DNA of 64,000 nucleotides from Eledone cirrhosa (taxonomy: Eukaryota), in NCBI GenBank assembly GCA_964016885.1, contig OZ024751.1, positions 36,704,001-36,768,000 of the forward strand. The letters run 5' to 3'. The notes under the pieces are model-generated. The model made no database searches. It had not been told where the DNA came from and saw nothing but the letters and a program-made list of their open reading frames with translations. The position numbers were made by a program, and so were the translations under genes. Positions 1 through 13,924 of this stretch are shown here, piece after piece (position 1 is the stretch's first letter; the number at the start of each line of letters is the position of its first letter).

Positions 1-360
<360 letters not shown>

Positions 361-552
361 TGCTTGTATATGGTGGTAGAGGGTGTGGGGATGTAACAGG
401 AGGAGGAGGAGGCGGGGGGGGGGGGGGGGGGGCATGCTATTGTAACCGCCATTTCTTTGATGTTTTAATTAATACATGGTCATGAATATTCGGCTAGCAA
501 GCCGATCAATGATGAAGTTTGGTGGCTTTTTCTACTAGGTTACTTGTTATTA

Positions 553-887
553 ACACCACCACCATCACCATCATCACCGTCACCATCACCACCATCATCA
601 TCACCATCATCACCGTCAACATCATCATCACCACCACCATCACCATCATCACCACCATCACCATCATCACCATCATCACCGTCACCATCACCACCACCAT
701 CACCATCATCATCACCGTCACCATCATCATCACCATCATCACCATCATCACCGTCACCATCACCACCATCATCATCACCATCATCACCGTCACCATCATC
801 ATCACCACCACCATCACCATCATCACCACCATCACCATCATCACCGTCACCATCACCACCACCATCACCATCATCATCACCGCCACC

Positions 888-943
<56 letters not shown>

Positions 944-1233
944 CATCATCATTGCCATCCTCACCATTACCATCATCATCATCATCATCATCATTGCCAT
1001 CCTCACCATTACCATCATCATCATCATCATTATCATCATTACCATCATCATTACCATCATCATTGCCATCATTATTACCATCACCCCCCCCCCCACACCA
1101 TCACTCTCACATCATCATCATCATCATCATCATCAATTATCATCTCAATTATTATTATTTTTTACTAATATTATTATTATCGTTATTATTACTACTACTA
1201 CTACAACTACTACTACTAGTAGTAGTAGTAGTC

Positions 1234-1283
<50 letters not shown>
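553..1283. repeat. (CAC/CAT)n followed by (TAC)n/(TAG)n trinucleotide repeats
   Basis: Direct reading; accounts for the low-complexity ORFs here. Confidence 0.97.
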
Positions 1284-1284
<1 letters not shown>

Positions 1285-1329
1285 TTGTTGTTGTTCCTTT
1301 TATTTATTTCGTTATAATATTGTGTCTGT

Positions 1330-2690
1330 TTATTATATTATACTGTATTGTATTATACTGTATTATATTATATTATATCATATCATATTATATTATATCA
1401 TATTATATTATATTATATTATATTATATTATATCATATCATATTATATTATATCATATTATATTATATTATATTATATCATATTATATTATATTATATTA
1501 TATTATATTATATTATATTATATCATATCATATTATATCATATTAGATCATATTATATCATATTATATTATATTATATTATATTATATTATATTATATTA
1601 TATTATATTATATTATATTATATTATATCATATATATCATATTATATTATATTATATTGTATTATAATGTATTATATTATATTATATTATATTATATTAT
1701 ATTATATTATATTATATTATATTTATTATACAGTATTGTATTATATTATATTATATTATATTATATTATACTGTATTGTATTATATTATATTATATTATA
1801 TTATATTGTATTGTATTGTATTGTATTGTATTGTATTGTATTATATTATATTGTATTATACTGTATTGTATTATATTATATTATATTATATTATATTATA
1901 TTATATTATATTATACTGTATTGTATTATATTATATTATATTGTATTATATTATATTATATTATACTGTATTGTATTATATTATATTATATTATATTATA
2001 TTATACTGTATTATATTATTTTATAGTATACTGTATTGTATTATATTATATTATATTATATTATATTATATTATATTATATTATACTGTATTGTATTATA
2101 TTATATTATATTATATTATATTATATTATATTGTATTGTATTGTATTGTATTGTATTGTATTGTATTGTATTGTATTGTATTGTATTGTATTGTATTGTA
2201 TTGTATTATATTATATTATATTATACTGTATTATATTATATTATATATTATATTATATTATATTATATTATATTATATTGTATTGTATTGTATTGTATTG
2301 TATTGTATTGTATTGTATTGTATTATATTATATTATATTATATTATATTATATTATATTATATTATATTATATTATATTATATTATATTATATTATATTA
2401 TATTATATTATATTATATTATATTATATTATATTATATTGTATTGTATTGTATTGTATTGTATTGTATTGTATTGTATTGTATTGTATTGTATTGTATTG
2501 TATTGTATTGTATTGTATTGTATTGTATTGTATTGTATTGTATTGTATTGTATTGTATTGTATTGTATTGTATTGTATTGTATTGTATTGTATTGTATTA
2601 TATTATATTATACTGTATTTTATTATATTATATTATATTATATTATATTATATTATATTGTATTATAATATATTATATTGTATTATATAT
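1330..2690. repeat. (TATTA/TATTG)n pentanucleotide satellite
   Basis: 5-bp period over ~1.35 kb with blocks of the TATTG variant. Confidence 0.97.
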
Positions 2691-2770
2691 CAACTTCATA
2701 ATTGTGGGTCGAATGAAAAGAAAGGATTGGCATGTTCCTGATTAAAAAGTAAAAAAGGAACAATGACATA

Positions 2771-2831
2771 AAACCATAAACTGACCGAAGGTAGGAAGCG
2801 GGTACCGTCCTGTAGAGACCGGTATTGGTTT
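2771..2831 (+). ncRNA. Decayed type I hammerhead-like motif (PLE pLTR relic)
   Basis: aaacca..CTGACCGA..stem taggaagcgg/ccgtcctg..GAGA-CCGG-TA-ttggttt; palindromic stem III (CCGG) and stem I aaacca/tggttt remain, core mutated. Confidence 0.4.
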
Positions 2832-3010
2832 GACTGTTGATTGTTAGCTGTTTGCTAGGTGGTGATCTGGTCTAGGATATATTTAGAGAGGTATATTGGT
2901 TCTTTATTGAACTTATAAAGTGAGCTGGTTGTGTTAGGGTCAGTTAAATGAAGGTGATGGGTATGATATCATCAAATCTTCCTCTCGCGCTCTCTTGCTC
3001 CTTTTCTTTA

Positions 3011-3055
<45 letters not shown>

Positions 3056-3233
3056 TATATGATATTATATTCATGAAACGTAGAAATAAGTATATATACA
3101 TATTGTTATACTTTGGGAGGGTCATGTTGCCAATAAGAAACACACGCACCAGTTGCTTTCACTTCAATTTATTATATATTTATAAATTTCTGGCTGGTTG
3201 GTTGGTTCCACAACCAGATAGTTGTTTATATAT

Positions 3234-3278
3234 AGTCATAGTTCTTTCGTCACACACTCTGTGACCTCTTCAGTGACT
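3234..3278 (-). ncRNA. Type I hammerhead ribozyme motif
   Basis: Minus strand: agtca-CTGAAGA-g-GTCACA gagtg TGTGAC-GAAA-GAAC-TA^tgact; 5-bp stem I, 6-bp stem II, minimal stem III, intact core. Confidence 0.8.
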
Positions 3279-3658
3279 GGGGACTCCTTTCTTTGTTTCT
3301 GTGCCTCTCCTTTGTTCTGTCCTACGCCATTTTGTTTCTGTGTGTGTGTTGTGTGCTCAGTCTGCGCATGCGCCACATCCGGGTGTCTGTGTGTGTTTAT
3401 GTTCATTTATCTATATATACATACATACATACATATATATATACTGTTGTAACGGCTGTCAGTGATCAGATACGAATTGTTGGTACTAATCAATTTATTA
3501 AAGGTTCGAATTCGCATCGCCTCACCCCTCCAAAAATTACTTAAAGTTTCATGAAACATTTAAAACAGACCAAATAACATGGAATGTGTCCGGGATTCCT
3601 TATCTTTCACGGCGAAATTAATATACATTTCTGAAGCATGTATATTCGTAAGAATATT

Positions 3659-3846
3659 ATGGATTGGCAGTACCGGTAGAGGGTCGGACGCCATGCTTTG
3701 ACGCATAGAATTACGGCCCTTGCCATTCTGAGTTCAAATCCCGCCGAGGTTAACTTTGCCTTTCATCCTTACGGGGTCGATAAAATAAAGTACCAGTAAT
3801 GCACTGAGTAATTGCTGGCCTTGTGCCAAAAGTAGAAACAATTATT
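3659..3846 (+). mobile_element. tRNA-derived SINE (family 1, ~190 bp)
   Basis: A box TGGCAGTACCGG, B box GAGTTCAAATC, body ctttgcctttcatccttacggggtcgataaaataaagtaccagt, tail agaaacaattatt; more than 10 dispersed copies in the window. Confidence 0.93.
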
Positions 3847-4168
3847 TATATAGTAAAAATATAAAGAAATCGCGGTCTCTTTATATATACGCAGTTAATA
3901 TTTCTTTGTTATGATTCGTACACGCGATATTCCGTAAGCTACCAATGGTTTCATGATCTAACAAAGCCTACAGAACTACAAGCTACGGTACATCCAGAGG
4001 TTGTATGTAGTGTTGCATGCTTTGATAACTCTTTAAACCATTGCTTGCAGACGGTATCTTGTGTCTACAAATCTTAATAAATACATACAAATCTCTCTTT
4101 CTCTCTCTCTCTTTTTTTCTCTTTCTTTCTTTCTCTTTCTATCTCTCTATCTATCTATCTATCGATCT

Positions 4169-4210
<42 letters not shown>

Positions 4211-4255
4211 GGGGGAGAGAGAGAAAGAGAAATAGATTATACATACATATACATT

Positions 4256-4322
<67 letters not shown>

Positions 4323-4580
4323 CTGTGTGTGATTGAATGTATATGTATATATATAATCTAATATATATGTGTATATATATATATATATATTGATAGATAG
4401 ATTTTATAAATATATACCTATACATATATTTATGAACGTGTGTGTGTTTGTATGTGCGTATTTCTATTGATATGAATAATATTGGTTTCTTTTTAATAAA
4501 TATATTAATAAATTGTGTAGGACTGCTTGTGCTGGCCTTAATGGATAACATCTACTGATAGATGAATCTATCTATCTGTC

Positions 4581-4633
<53 letters not shown>

Positions 4634-4788
4634 ACACACACACACACGCAGACACAGACACACACACACACACATATATATATATAAATTTGTATTGGTT
4701 CTCTGAAATATATCTGTTTTTTTCTATCTCTCTTTCCTCTCTCACTATATTTCTGTCTGACTCACTCTCTCTCTCTTTCTCTCCATCC

Positions 4789-4861
<73 letters not shown>

Positions 4862-4932
4862 ACTCTCTTATTCTGTCTGTCATCTCTCTCTCTATATATA
4901 TATACTCACCCACACGCACCCTCTCCCTTATG

Positions 4933-5041
<109 letters not shown>

Positions 5042-5256
5042 ATATATATATATATATATATGTCAATCCTGTTAGTTAGGCTGTAAAATAACTACTTTGT
5101 CAAACTGTTTTAATTAGTATAACTTGTGATAATATTTTGTTTAATTAATTAACCAGTCAATCACGTCTATGTAATATACTAAGTCACCGTTATAATCTTT
5201 ATTCATGAAACTGGTACAAAACACGAGTCATCTTAACAACATACACTACTTTCACT

Positions 5257-5300
<44 letters not shown>

Positions 5301-5305
<5 letters not shown>

Positions 5306-5495
5306 AACGAGTAGGACCCCGACGGCTGAGCTCAAGCCGTATCGACGGCTAATTGAGTCCAGAATTAGCCGTCGAAACGGCTTGAGCTCAGTCGTCGGGG
5401 TCCTACTCGTTCCTATTACCCACTCTACTACTCTAAGTATTGAGTACTTTGGTGCGTTATGGTCCACTTGGTTCATTACCACATTTCCTTCGTTA
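5301..5495 (+). mobile_element. Palindrome-plus-tail element in (TA)n, copy 1 (arm type ggaacgagtagga)
   Basis: ~55-bp inverted arms followed by a conserved ~80-bp tail (tacccactctacta...ccttcgtta), flanked by (TA)n on both sides. Confidence 0.9.
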
Positions 5496-5547
5496 TATAT
5501 ATATACAATATATTAATAAATGGAAATTATATTTTTAAAACCATATT

Positions 5548-5613
5548 TATTTTATTATACATATTTCAAGGGCAACCAAGGCAAATTATGGTGCGCTTTC
5601 ATCAGATAAAATA
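5548..5613 (-). ncRNA. Type I hammerhead ribozyme motif in a PLE-like pLTR fragment (~5510-5645)
   Basis: Minus strand: tattttat-CTGATGA-aagcgcacca..tggttgccctt-GAAA-TATGTA-TA^ataaaata; 8-bp stem I; homologous to the copies at 25084-25152 and 25477-25542. Confidence 0.82.
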
Positions 5614-6097
5614 CAGATTTGTTTTATAAATAAATATTGACATACCCGAAAAAAAAAAAAAAAAAAAAAGACAACCTTAACGGTTGGAGCTAAGAGAATA
5701 CTCATCGCAAGAACAGCCATTAAAACAGCTAAATGTTGTCAAAGCCAGCGATGGGCAAAAATGCCTCAGAGGACAGAAAGCAGCGGCCAGTGGTCAACAG
5801 AAAGACAATCCACAAGGTGGGTGACAGGATGATGAAATATAGAAAGGATTGAATGAGGTGGAGGACAAAGGGAAGTGCACTGTAGCACAGAAGTGACAGG
5901 AAGAAGAAATAAAGAAAGGTGATGTACAAGACAACTACACAGCAAAATTGTTTCGCACGATTTAATTGAGAGTACCATTTTAAAATGGTGGATCGAGCAA
6001 CAGAAAAATAACTCTTTCTGCGGGTATGATGTGTGTCTGATTAAATAAACCACACAAATCCTTCTATGTGTGTGCGTAAGTATACATATATCTACAC

Positions 6098-6228
<131 letters not shown>

Positions 6229-6734
6229 CATATATCTACACCCACACTCACTATCTTTCCTTGTCTCTCTCTCTATCTCACTCTCCCTCTCTTTCCCTCT
6301 CACACATAAACACATACACACATATATTTATATCATCTAAATTGTCACATCGAACGAATGATGCAATGAAACCATTTGAAATTTTGTAACTATTTTTTTT
6401 TAATTCAATATTTTCTTTCTTTTAAAGATATCATATAATTCAGCATAATATAATATTTTCTGTATAATATCAGTGTTGGCTGAGTTCGTAAAATGGAAAC
6501 AGTTTTGCTTACCTAGCACCATACACACCTCTAGACAGGCCTTCATACGGATTCTTTGGAAATTCTTTGATATCGTTTCGCTTCTATACATTCTTTTTTT
6601 AAACGTATTATTCCGCTAATTAAAACGTATTCAACATTAATATTACACATAACTTTTCTTCACTGTTTCGCCATCTTTCATTTGTTATTGCGCAATATAT
6701 ATATACATACATACATACATATATACACACCCAC

Positions 6735-6877
<143 letters not shown>

Positions 6878-6901
6878 TATATATATATATATACACACAG
6901 A

Positions 6902-7026
<125 letters not shown>

Positions 7027-7054
7027 CATATATATATATATATACACACAGACT

Positions 7055-7118
<64 letters not shown>

Positions 7119-7295
7119 TTGAAAATATATCTACATTAGTTTTATAAATAAGAATAAAAAATATTTGTATATTTCAAACTTATTTTTAGTGGTTTTCATT
7201 ATAATATTCCGAGACATCAATTTATGTTTGGTTTGCTTAACAAATATATAGTAATCGTTCCGACATTATTCTTTCTTTACAGAGGTGCTAACAAA

Positions 7296-7435
7296 GCTGT
7301 GTGGTGAAGGGGGTTGCTTCACTATCACGTGGTTTGTGTGGTTCTGGATTCAGTTCCGCTGTGTAACATCCTGGGCCAATGTCCTCTCCTGCAGCCTGGT
7401 GTGAGTTGAATATAGTAAACGGATATGGTAAACGG
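7296..7435 (+). mobile_element. Degenerate tRNA-derived SINE (family 2 head)
   Basis: gctgtgtggtgaag...ggattcagttccgctgtg...; related relics near 45800 and 60982. Confidence 0.5.
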
Positions 7436-7444
7436 ATATGGTTG

Positions 7445-7504
<60 letters not shown>

Positions 7505-7526
7505 ATATATATATATGTACACACAC

Positions 7527-7566
<40 letters not shown>

Positions 7567-7578
7567 GTATATATATAT

Positions 7579-7624
<46 letters not shown>

Positions 7625-7636
7625 GTATATATATAT

Positions 7637-7705
<69 letters not shown>

Positions 7706-7770
7706 TATATATATATGTATATATATATATGTATATATATACGAGAGAATATGCTCCGAAATCATTAGAC

Positions 7771-7858
7771 GTGTCCGTCGAACCTGCGGGTTCAGAATCA
7801 GACAGATCCATTCAATGATCGCGTCTCGAGCTGTCCGCCGGCGAAACAATTGTAACAC
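7771..7858 (+). ncRNA. Decayed long-stem-II hammerhead motif within a repeat (~7743-7900)
   Basis: gtgt-CCGTCGA-acctgcggg...tccgccggc-GAAA-CAATTG-TA^acac; region homologous to 28381-28530. Confidence 0.55.
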
Positions 7859-8008
7859 AATAAATTGAGTTCAGATGCATCACTGATTTTTCGTTTTCTA
7901 TTCTCTCTCTCTCTGTATATATATATATATATATATATATACAGAGAAAGAGAGAATATAAATACCATATATATATAAATAAATACCAATGGCATGTGTT
8001 ACACCTTC

Positions 8009-8121
8009 CAGTATGCCGATGATTTGATCAGGCACACACTGTATTTAAGGTCGAGTGACGCCATTTCAAGTGATTAGCGGCCTTTAGACTCACCTGATCA
8101 AGGAAACAATTGTTAATACTG
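8009..8121 (+). ncRNA. Hammerhead motif with ~80-nt stem II (U4C variant or decay)
   Basis: cagtatg-CCGATGA-t-TTGATCAGG...CCTGATCAA-g-GAAA-CAATTG-TT^aatactg, then AATAAA and a short tail into (TA)n. Confidence 0.62.
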
Positions 8122-8168
8122 TAAATAAAACCCTTCTTGAACAACCGACCATTTTATTCTTCACTCTT

Positions 8169-8238
<70 letters not shown>

Positions 8239-8597
8239 TTGAACTTCATATATATATATATACACATACACACACTTACGCATACATACACACACTCACA
8301 CACACAGCATTACACTGCACTACATAACAAAACGCTACACAACACTACATATACACCACATATATTACTTGACCCCACTAAGTTGAACACCATGATCCAG
8401 CTCGGGTGTACATAGGGGTCAATCGTTTGTACATGTCTCTATAGTTACAGTGTATTACATTGCAGAAAGAGGGGCCGCCCCAAATGTCACGTGGTGGTGC
8501 TGTGATCACATTTCAAACCTACAAATGTTACCCAAACATTTCATTGTCGTTTAACAAAACCCTTTAACATTTATTTTTATTTTGTTTGCTTTTGCAG

Positions 8598-8955
8598 ATT
8601 GAGTCCCTACTAGGGTATGAAAGAAATTAAAGGAGACAAGTTCATCATTGAAATATCCAGTGTACCTGACAGCAGAACTTGTCCTTTTCCTTCGCCAAAT
8701 CTAGACTATAACATCCCACCTGAGGAAGAAGGAGCTCCGAGATGTTTGAATGGCAGATGAGGCAGGTATCGCTGCCGGTTCACCATCTTGTCCCTTGCAG
8801 GTAGCAGCTAAGATATACCATCCAAGGAGTTGACAGACTGAGCCCCACCCTCCCATTTAATTATTGTTAATTATACCCCTTTAATTATTGTTTTCTATTT
8901 CTTTTTGCTATTAAAATATTGTAAATGTACTTTGAAAATTTTGAATAAATAAAGT
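8598..8955 (+). other. Candidate terminal exon or 3' UTR-like unique sequence
   Basis: Long polypyrimidine tract ending in ttttgcag (AG 8596-8597), non-repetitive sequence, AATAAA at 8944; only short reading frames. Confidence 0.3.
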
Positions 8956-9015
8956 TTCTAATATTTGAAATAAATTTACGATTGGTTGAGATATAGCTGT
9001 CATTATTGGTTACAG

Positions 9016-9428
9016 TGGTGGATTGGCAGTATCGGTAGAGCGTCGGACAACATGCTTTGTGGCATAGAGTTACGTCCTTTATGATCTGAGTTCAAATCCC
9101 GCCGAGGTTAACTTTGCCTTTCATCCTTACGGGGTCGATAAAGTAAAGTACCAGTAATGTACTGGGGTATAGCTGGTCTTGTGCCTAAAATAGAAACAAT
9201 TATTGGTTACAGTGGTGGATTGGCAGTATCGTAGAGCGTCGGACAACATGCTTTGTGGCATAGAGTTTCGGCCCTTTGCGTTCTGAGTTCAAATCCCACC
9301 GAGAGTAGCTTTGCATTTCATTCTTACGGGTTCGAGAAAATACTGCACCAGTAATGTACTGGGGTCGATTTTATCGACTTTTCCCTCCCCGAAAATTGCT
9401 GGTTCTGTACCTAAAGTTGAACAATTAT
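9016..9428 (+). mobile_element. Head-to-tail dimer of family-1 SINEs
   Basis: Copies at ~9016-9203 and ~9213-9428; attattggt(t/a)acagt occurs at 9002, 9199 and 9424. Confidence 0.9.
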
Positions 9429-9493
9429 TGGTAACAGTAGAACAAGGTAGAAAAGAACAAAACAAATGCCTTAAATAAATCCTCCATCAGATC

Positions 9494-10920
9494 CACCACC
9501 ACCGCCACCACCACCACCACCACCATCACCACCACCATCACCACAACCACCACCACCAGCACCACAACCACCACCACCAGCACCATCACCATCACCACCA
9601 CCACCAGCACCATCACCAACACCGCCACCACCACACCACCACCACCACCACCACCACCACCACCACCACAACCACCATCACCACCACCACCACCACCACC
9701 ACCACCACCACCACCACCACCACCACCACCACCACCACCACCAACACCACCACCACCACCATCACCACCACCAGCACCACAACCACCACCACCAGCACCA
9801 TCACCATCACCACCACCACCAGCACCATCACCAACACCGCCACCACCACCACCACCACCACCACCACCACCACCACCACCACCACCACCACCACAACCAC
9901 CAACACCACCACCACCACCATCACCACCACCAGCACCACAACCACCACCACCAGCACCATCACCATCACCGCCACCACCACCACCACCACCACCACCACC
10001 ACACCACAACCACCATCACCACCACCACCACCACCACCACCACCACAACCACCAACACCACCACCACCACCATCACCACCACCATCACCACAACCACCAC
10101 CACCACCACCAGCACCATCACCAACACCGCCACCACCGCCACCATCACCACCACCACCATCACCACCACCACCACCACCACCATCACCACCACCACCACC
10201 ATCACCACCACCACCACCACCATCACCACCACCATCACCACAAGCACCACCACCATCACCACCACCACCACCACCACCAACACCATCACCAACACCGCCA
10301 CCACTGCCACCACCAACGCCACCAACAACACCACCGCCACCACCACAACCACCACAAACAACACCACCGCCACCACCACCACCAACACCACCACCACAAC
10401 CACCACCACCACCACCACCGCCACCACCACCACAACGCCACCACCGCCACCGCCACCACCACCACAACGCCACCGCCACCACCACCACCAACACCACCAC
10501 CGCCACCACCACCACCGCCACCACCACCACCACCGCCACCACCACAACGCCACCACCACCACCACCACCACCACCACCACCAACACCACCACCACCACCA
10601 CCACCACCACCACCACCACCGCCACCACCACCACCACCACCACAACGCCACCACCAACACCACCACCACCACCACCACCAACAACAACACCACCACCACC
10701 ACCACCACCACCACCGCCACCACCACCGCCACCGCCACCACCGCCACCACCACCACCACCAACACCACCACCACCACCACCACCAACAACAACACCACCA
10801 CCACCACCACCACCACCGCCACCACCACCGCCACCGCCACCACCGCCACCACCACCACCACCAACACCACCACCACCACCACCAACAACACCACCACCAC
10901 CACCACCGCCACCACCACCA
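9494..10920. repeat. (CCA)n trinucleotide array, ~1.4 kb
   Basis: Direct reading; the poly-G/V/W ORFs are artefacts. Confidence 0.97.
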
Positions 10921-11229
10921 TATACCAGTGTTATTAAACACCATATCCCAATCTCTACGACAGTTCTATAACAATCAATATCTGTCTTTTCTTTAACAAA
11001 ACTTTCTGATATCTTTTGATCTGTTGCTGTAGTTTTCATCGATACTATATAATTGGTGCTGTCGTATTGGAAGGTGTGGATGGCATGGATGGAGCGGGAG
11101 GGGGCGTGGCATCAAGGATGATTGATGTGTCAAGTTCTTGTTGACCTCAACAGCTAAATACTGCGTTCCAGTTCCAATACTCAGCTTTCTTTTATTCTTT
11201 TATTCTTTTGTTGGTGGAGCAGTACCGTC

Positions 11230-11352
11230 AATAATTGTTTCTACTTTTGGCACAGGGCCAGCAATTATCTCAGTACATTACTGGTACTTTATTTAATCGA
11301 CTTCGTAAGGATGAAAGGCAAAGCAAACCTCGGCGGGATTTGAACTCAGATA
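11230..11352 (-). mobile_element. Family-1 SINE, 5' truncated
   Basis: Reverse complement of the SINE tail, body and B box (gatttgaactcag). Confidence 0.88.
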
Positions 11353-11446
11353 ACTCATTATGTGTTTAGCATCTAGGGTGCCTCCCCCGTCTCTCCACAG
11401 CGGAAGCCCGAGCAAAGTCTTATTACGAAAGACCAGTGTATATATA

Positions 11447-11478
<32 letters not shown>

Positions 11479-11519
11479 TATATATGATGTTGTCCAATGG
11501 CACCAGCGATGTCTCAACT

Positions 11520-12375
11520 ATATACAGAATATATACACACTATATACACACTATATATTCACTATATACATACTTTATATATACACTATATATACACTAT
11601 ATACACACTTTATATATACACTATATATTCACTATATACACACTTTATATATACACTATATATACACTATATACACACTTTATATATACACTATATATAC
11701 ACTATATACACTTTATATATACACTATATATACACTATATACACACTATATATATACACTATATATACACTATATATACACTTTATATATACACTTTATA
11801 TATACACTATATATACACTATATACACTTTATATATACACTTTATATATACACTATATATACACTATATACACACTTTATATATACACTATATATGCAGT
11901 ATATACACACTTTATATATACACTATATATACACTATATACACACTTTATATATACACTATATATACACTATATACACACTTTATATATACACTATATAT
12001 ACACTATATACACACTTTATATATACACTATATATGCAGTATATATGATAATGGTGATAACGATGAGGAGGAGGAGGAGGAGGATGGCGATGATAATGAT
12101 GATGGCGATGGTGATGATGATGATGGTGATGGCGATGGTGATGGCGATAATGAGGAGGATGGTGATGACGAAGATGTCGATGATGTTGATGATGATGATG
12201 TCGATGGTGATGATGATGATGATGGCGATGATGATGCGAACGATGGTCATGGTGATGGCGATGATGATCGTGATGATGAAGATGGTGATGATGATGATGA
12301 TGATGGCGATGATGATGATGGCGATGATGATGATGAGAACGATGGTCATGGTGATGGCGATGATGATGATGATGA
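11520..12375. repeat. (TATATACAC/ACTTTAT) minisatellite followed by (GAT)n
   Basis: Direct reading. Confidence 0.93.
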
Positions 12376-12612
12376 CGCAATCGGTTGGGAATTCTGTTCG
12401 GTGTTTCATTGTTCTGAGTTCAAATTCCACTGGGAGAGCACTTGTCATTTCTCTTCTCCTGGGATCGATAACTCAAGCCCTATTGAATGGCCAGATCGAT
12501 AGAAAGTTAGATATGTTGGTCTTTATTTTGTTATCATTTTTTGTTGTTGCCATTTATATCCCCCCCCCCCCTCTCAATCTACCTCTGCCTACCCCCACAT
12601 ATACATACAGAC

Positions 12613-12643
<31 letters not shown>

Positions 12644-12879
12644 AACTCACAAACAAACACACCATACATAAACACACACACATACACATACACACCCATA
12701 TACATACACACACATATATAGATATACAGACATATAAACCCAGACATACACACACACACACACACACCGCACATATATACACACACAGACACACAAATAT
12801 CGCATGCACACAGACATATACAGACACAAACATACTCACTCTCTCATATATATATATTTATGTATATATATATATATAT

Positions 12880-13294
12880 TAGTGATCCCCTCTGGCTTCT
12901 CAACATTCTCTACCAGATATTTTGTTTTAGTCCCATTCATCCTCAGCCCCACACTCATCGACACAGTCTCAACCTCCTGCATCAAATCCTCTGCCTCCTT
13001 CACTGTATTTGTCACCAAAACTATGTCGTCGGCAAATTCAGCATCCGATACCTTTTTCGCCTTAACTCTCCTGCTCTGAGCCGGTGCTACAGTAAAGCCA
13101 GAGTCCGGGTGTTTCTCCAGTGCAAGGCGCATACAATAGTCCACTACGATGATAAAAAGGTAGGGAGCCAATGTATCTCCCTGGAGCACTCCAGCCAGTA
13201 TCTCAAAGAACTCTGTCACCCCATCAGGTGTAATGACTTGGGCTTTGGTGTTGGTGTAGAGCAGTAATATCAGGTCCACTATCTTCTTGGGGAT
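12880..13294 (-). mobile_element. RTE-clade LINE reverse transcriptase fragment (inverted 5' segment)
   Basis: Translation contains GVLQGDTLAPYLF, FADD and GLRMNGTKTKY (RT subdomains 4-6). Confidence 0.92.
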
Positions 13295-13609
13295 ATTAAT
13301 CAGTATAGACTGAGGATGAAAAACTCAGAGCTGTATGGGAGCCTCCCAAAAGTTAGCTCAAAAGTGACAGAGAGGAGACTGAGGTTAGCTGGACATGCTC
13401 ACCGACATCCAGAGTTAACATTGCACTCAGTGCTCCTGTGGGAGCCCCTACATGGACACATTGGAAGAGGAAGACCAAGGTTAACGTATGTTGATGCCCG
13501 GAGGACAGACACTGGTCTGTTGGAGACGCAGGACATGGCAGCGATAATGAGGGACAGAGACCGCTGGAGAGAACTCGTCCATGGATCTCGGGAATTTTAC
13601 CCGCCCTAG
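13292..13609 (+). mobile_element. RTE-clade LINE ORF C-terminus (3' segment)
   Basis: NSELYGSLPKVSSKVTERRLRLAGH...LLWEP...GRGRPRLTYVD...MRDRDRWRELV, a typical RTE C-terminus; ends in (TA)n/(TG)n. Confidence 0.9.
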
Positions 13610-13689
<80 letters not shown>

Positions 13690-13703
13690 ATACATACAAG
13701 TAA

Positions 13704-13891
13704 GTGTATACTTGCCTATATAACGTTTGTATTCTCTTTTTCTCAGTCCACAGACACGCCCACCCCCACTCACTCATGTATAGCCACTTATATGTGTGTG
13801 TATATATGTGTGTATATATATATATGTGGGGGTGGGCGTGTCTGTGGACTGAGAAAAAGAGAATACAAACGTTATATAGGCAAGTATACAC
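13704..13891. repeat. Perfect 66-bp inverted duplication
   Basis: 13704-13769 is the reverse complement of 13826-13891; the spacer contains TA/TG repeat. Confidence 0.95.
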
Positions 13892-13924
13892 ACCGCACAC
13901 ACATATATATATATATATGTAAAA

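Noticed and set aside
3659-3745. tRNA gene (A and B boxes)
   Set aside because: No cloverleaf; it is the head of a multi-copy SINE
5700-5930. Possible RTE C-terminal relic
   Set aside because: Similarity limited to a few residues; not supportable
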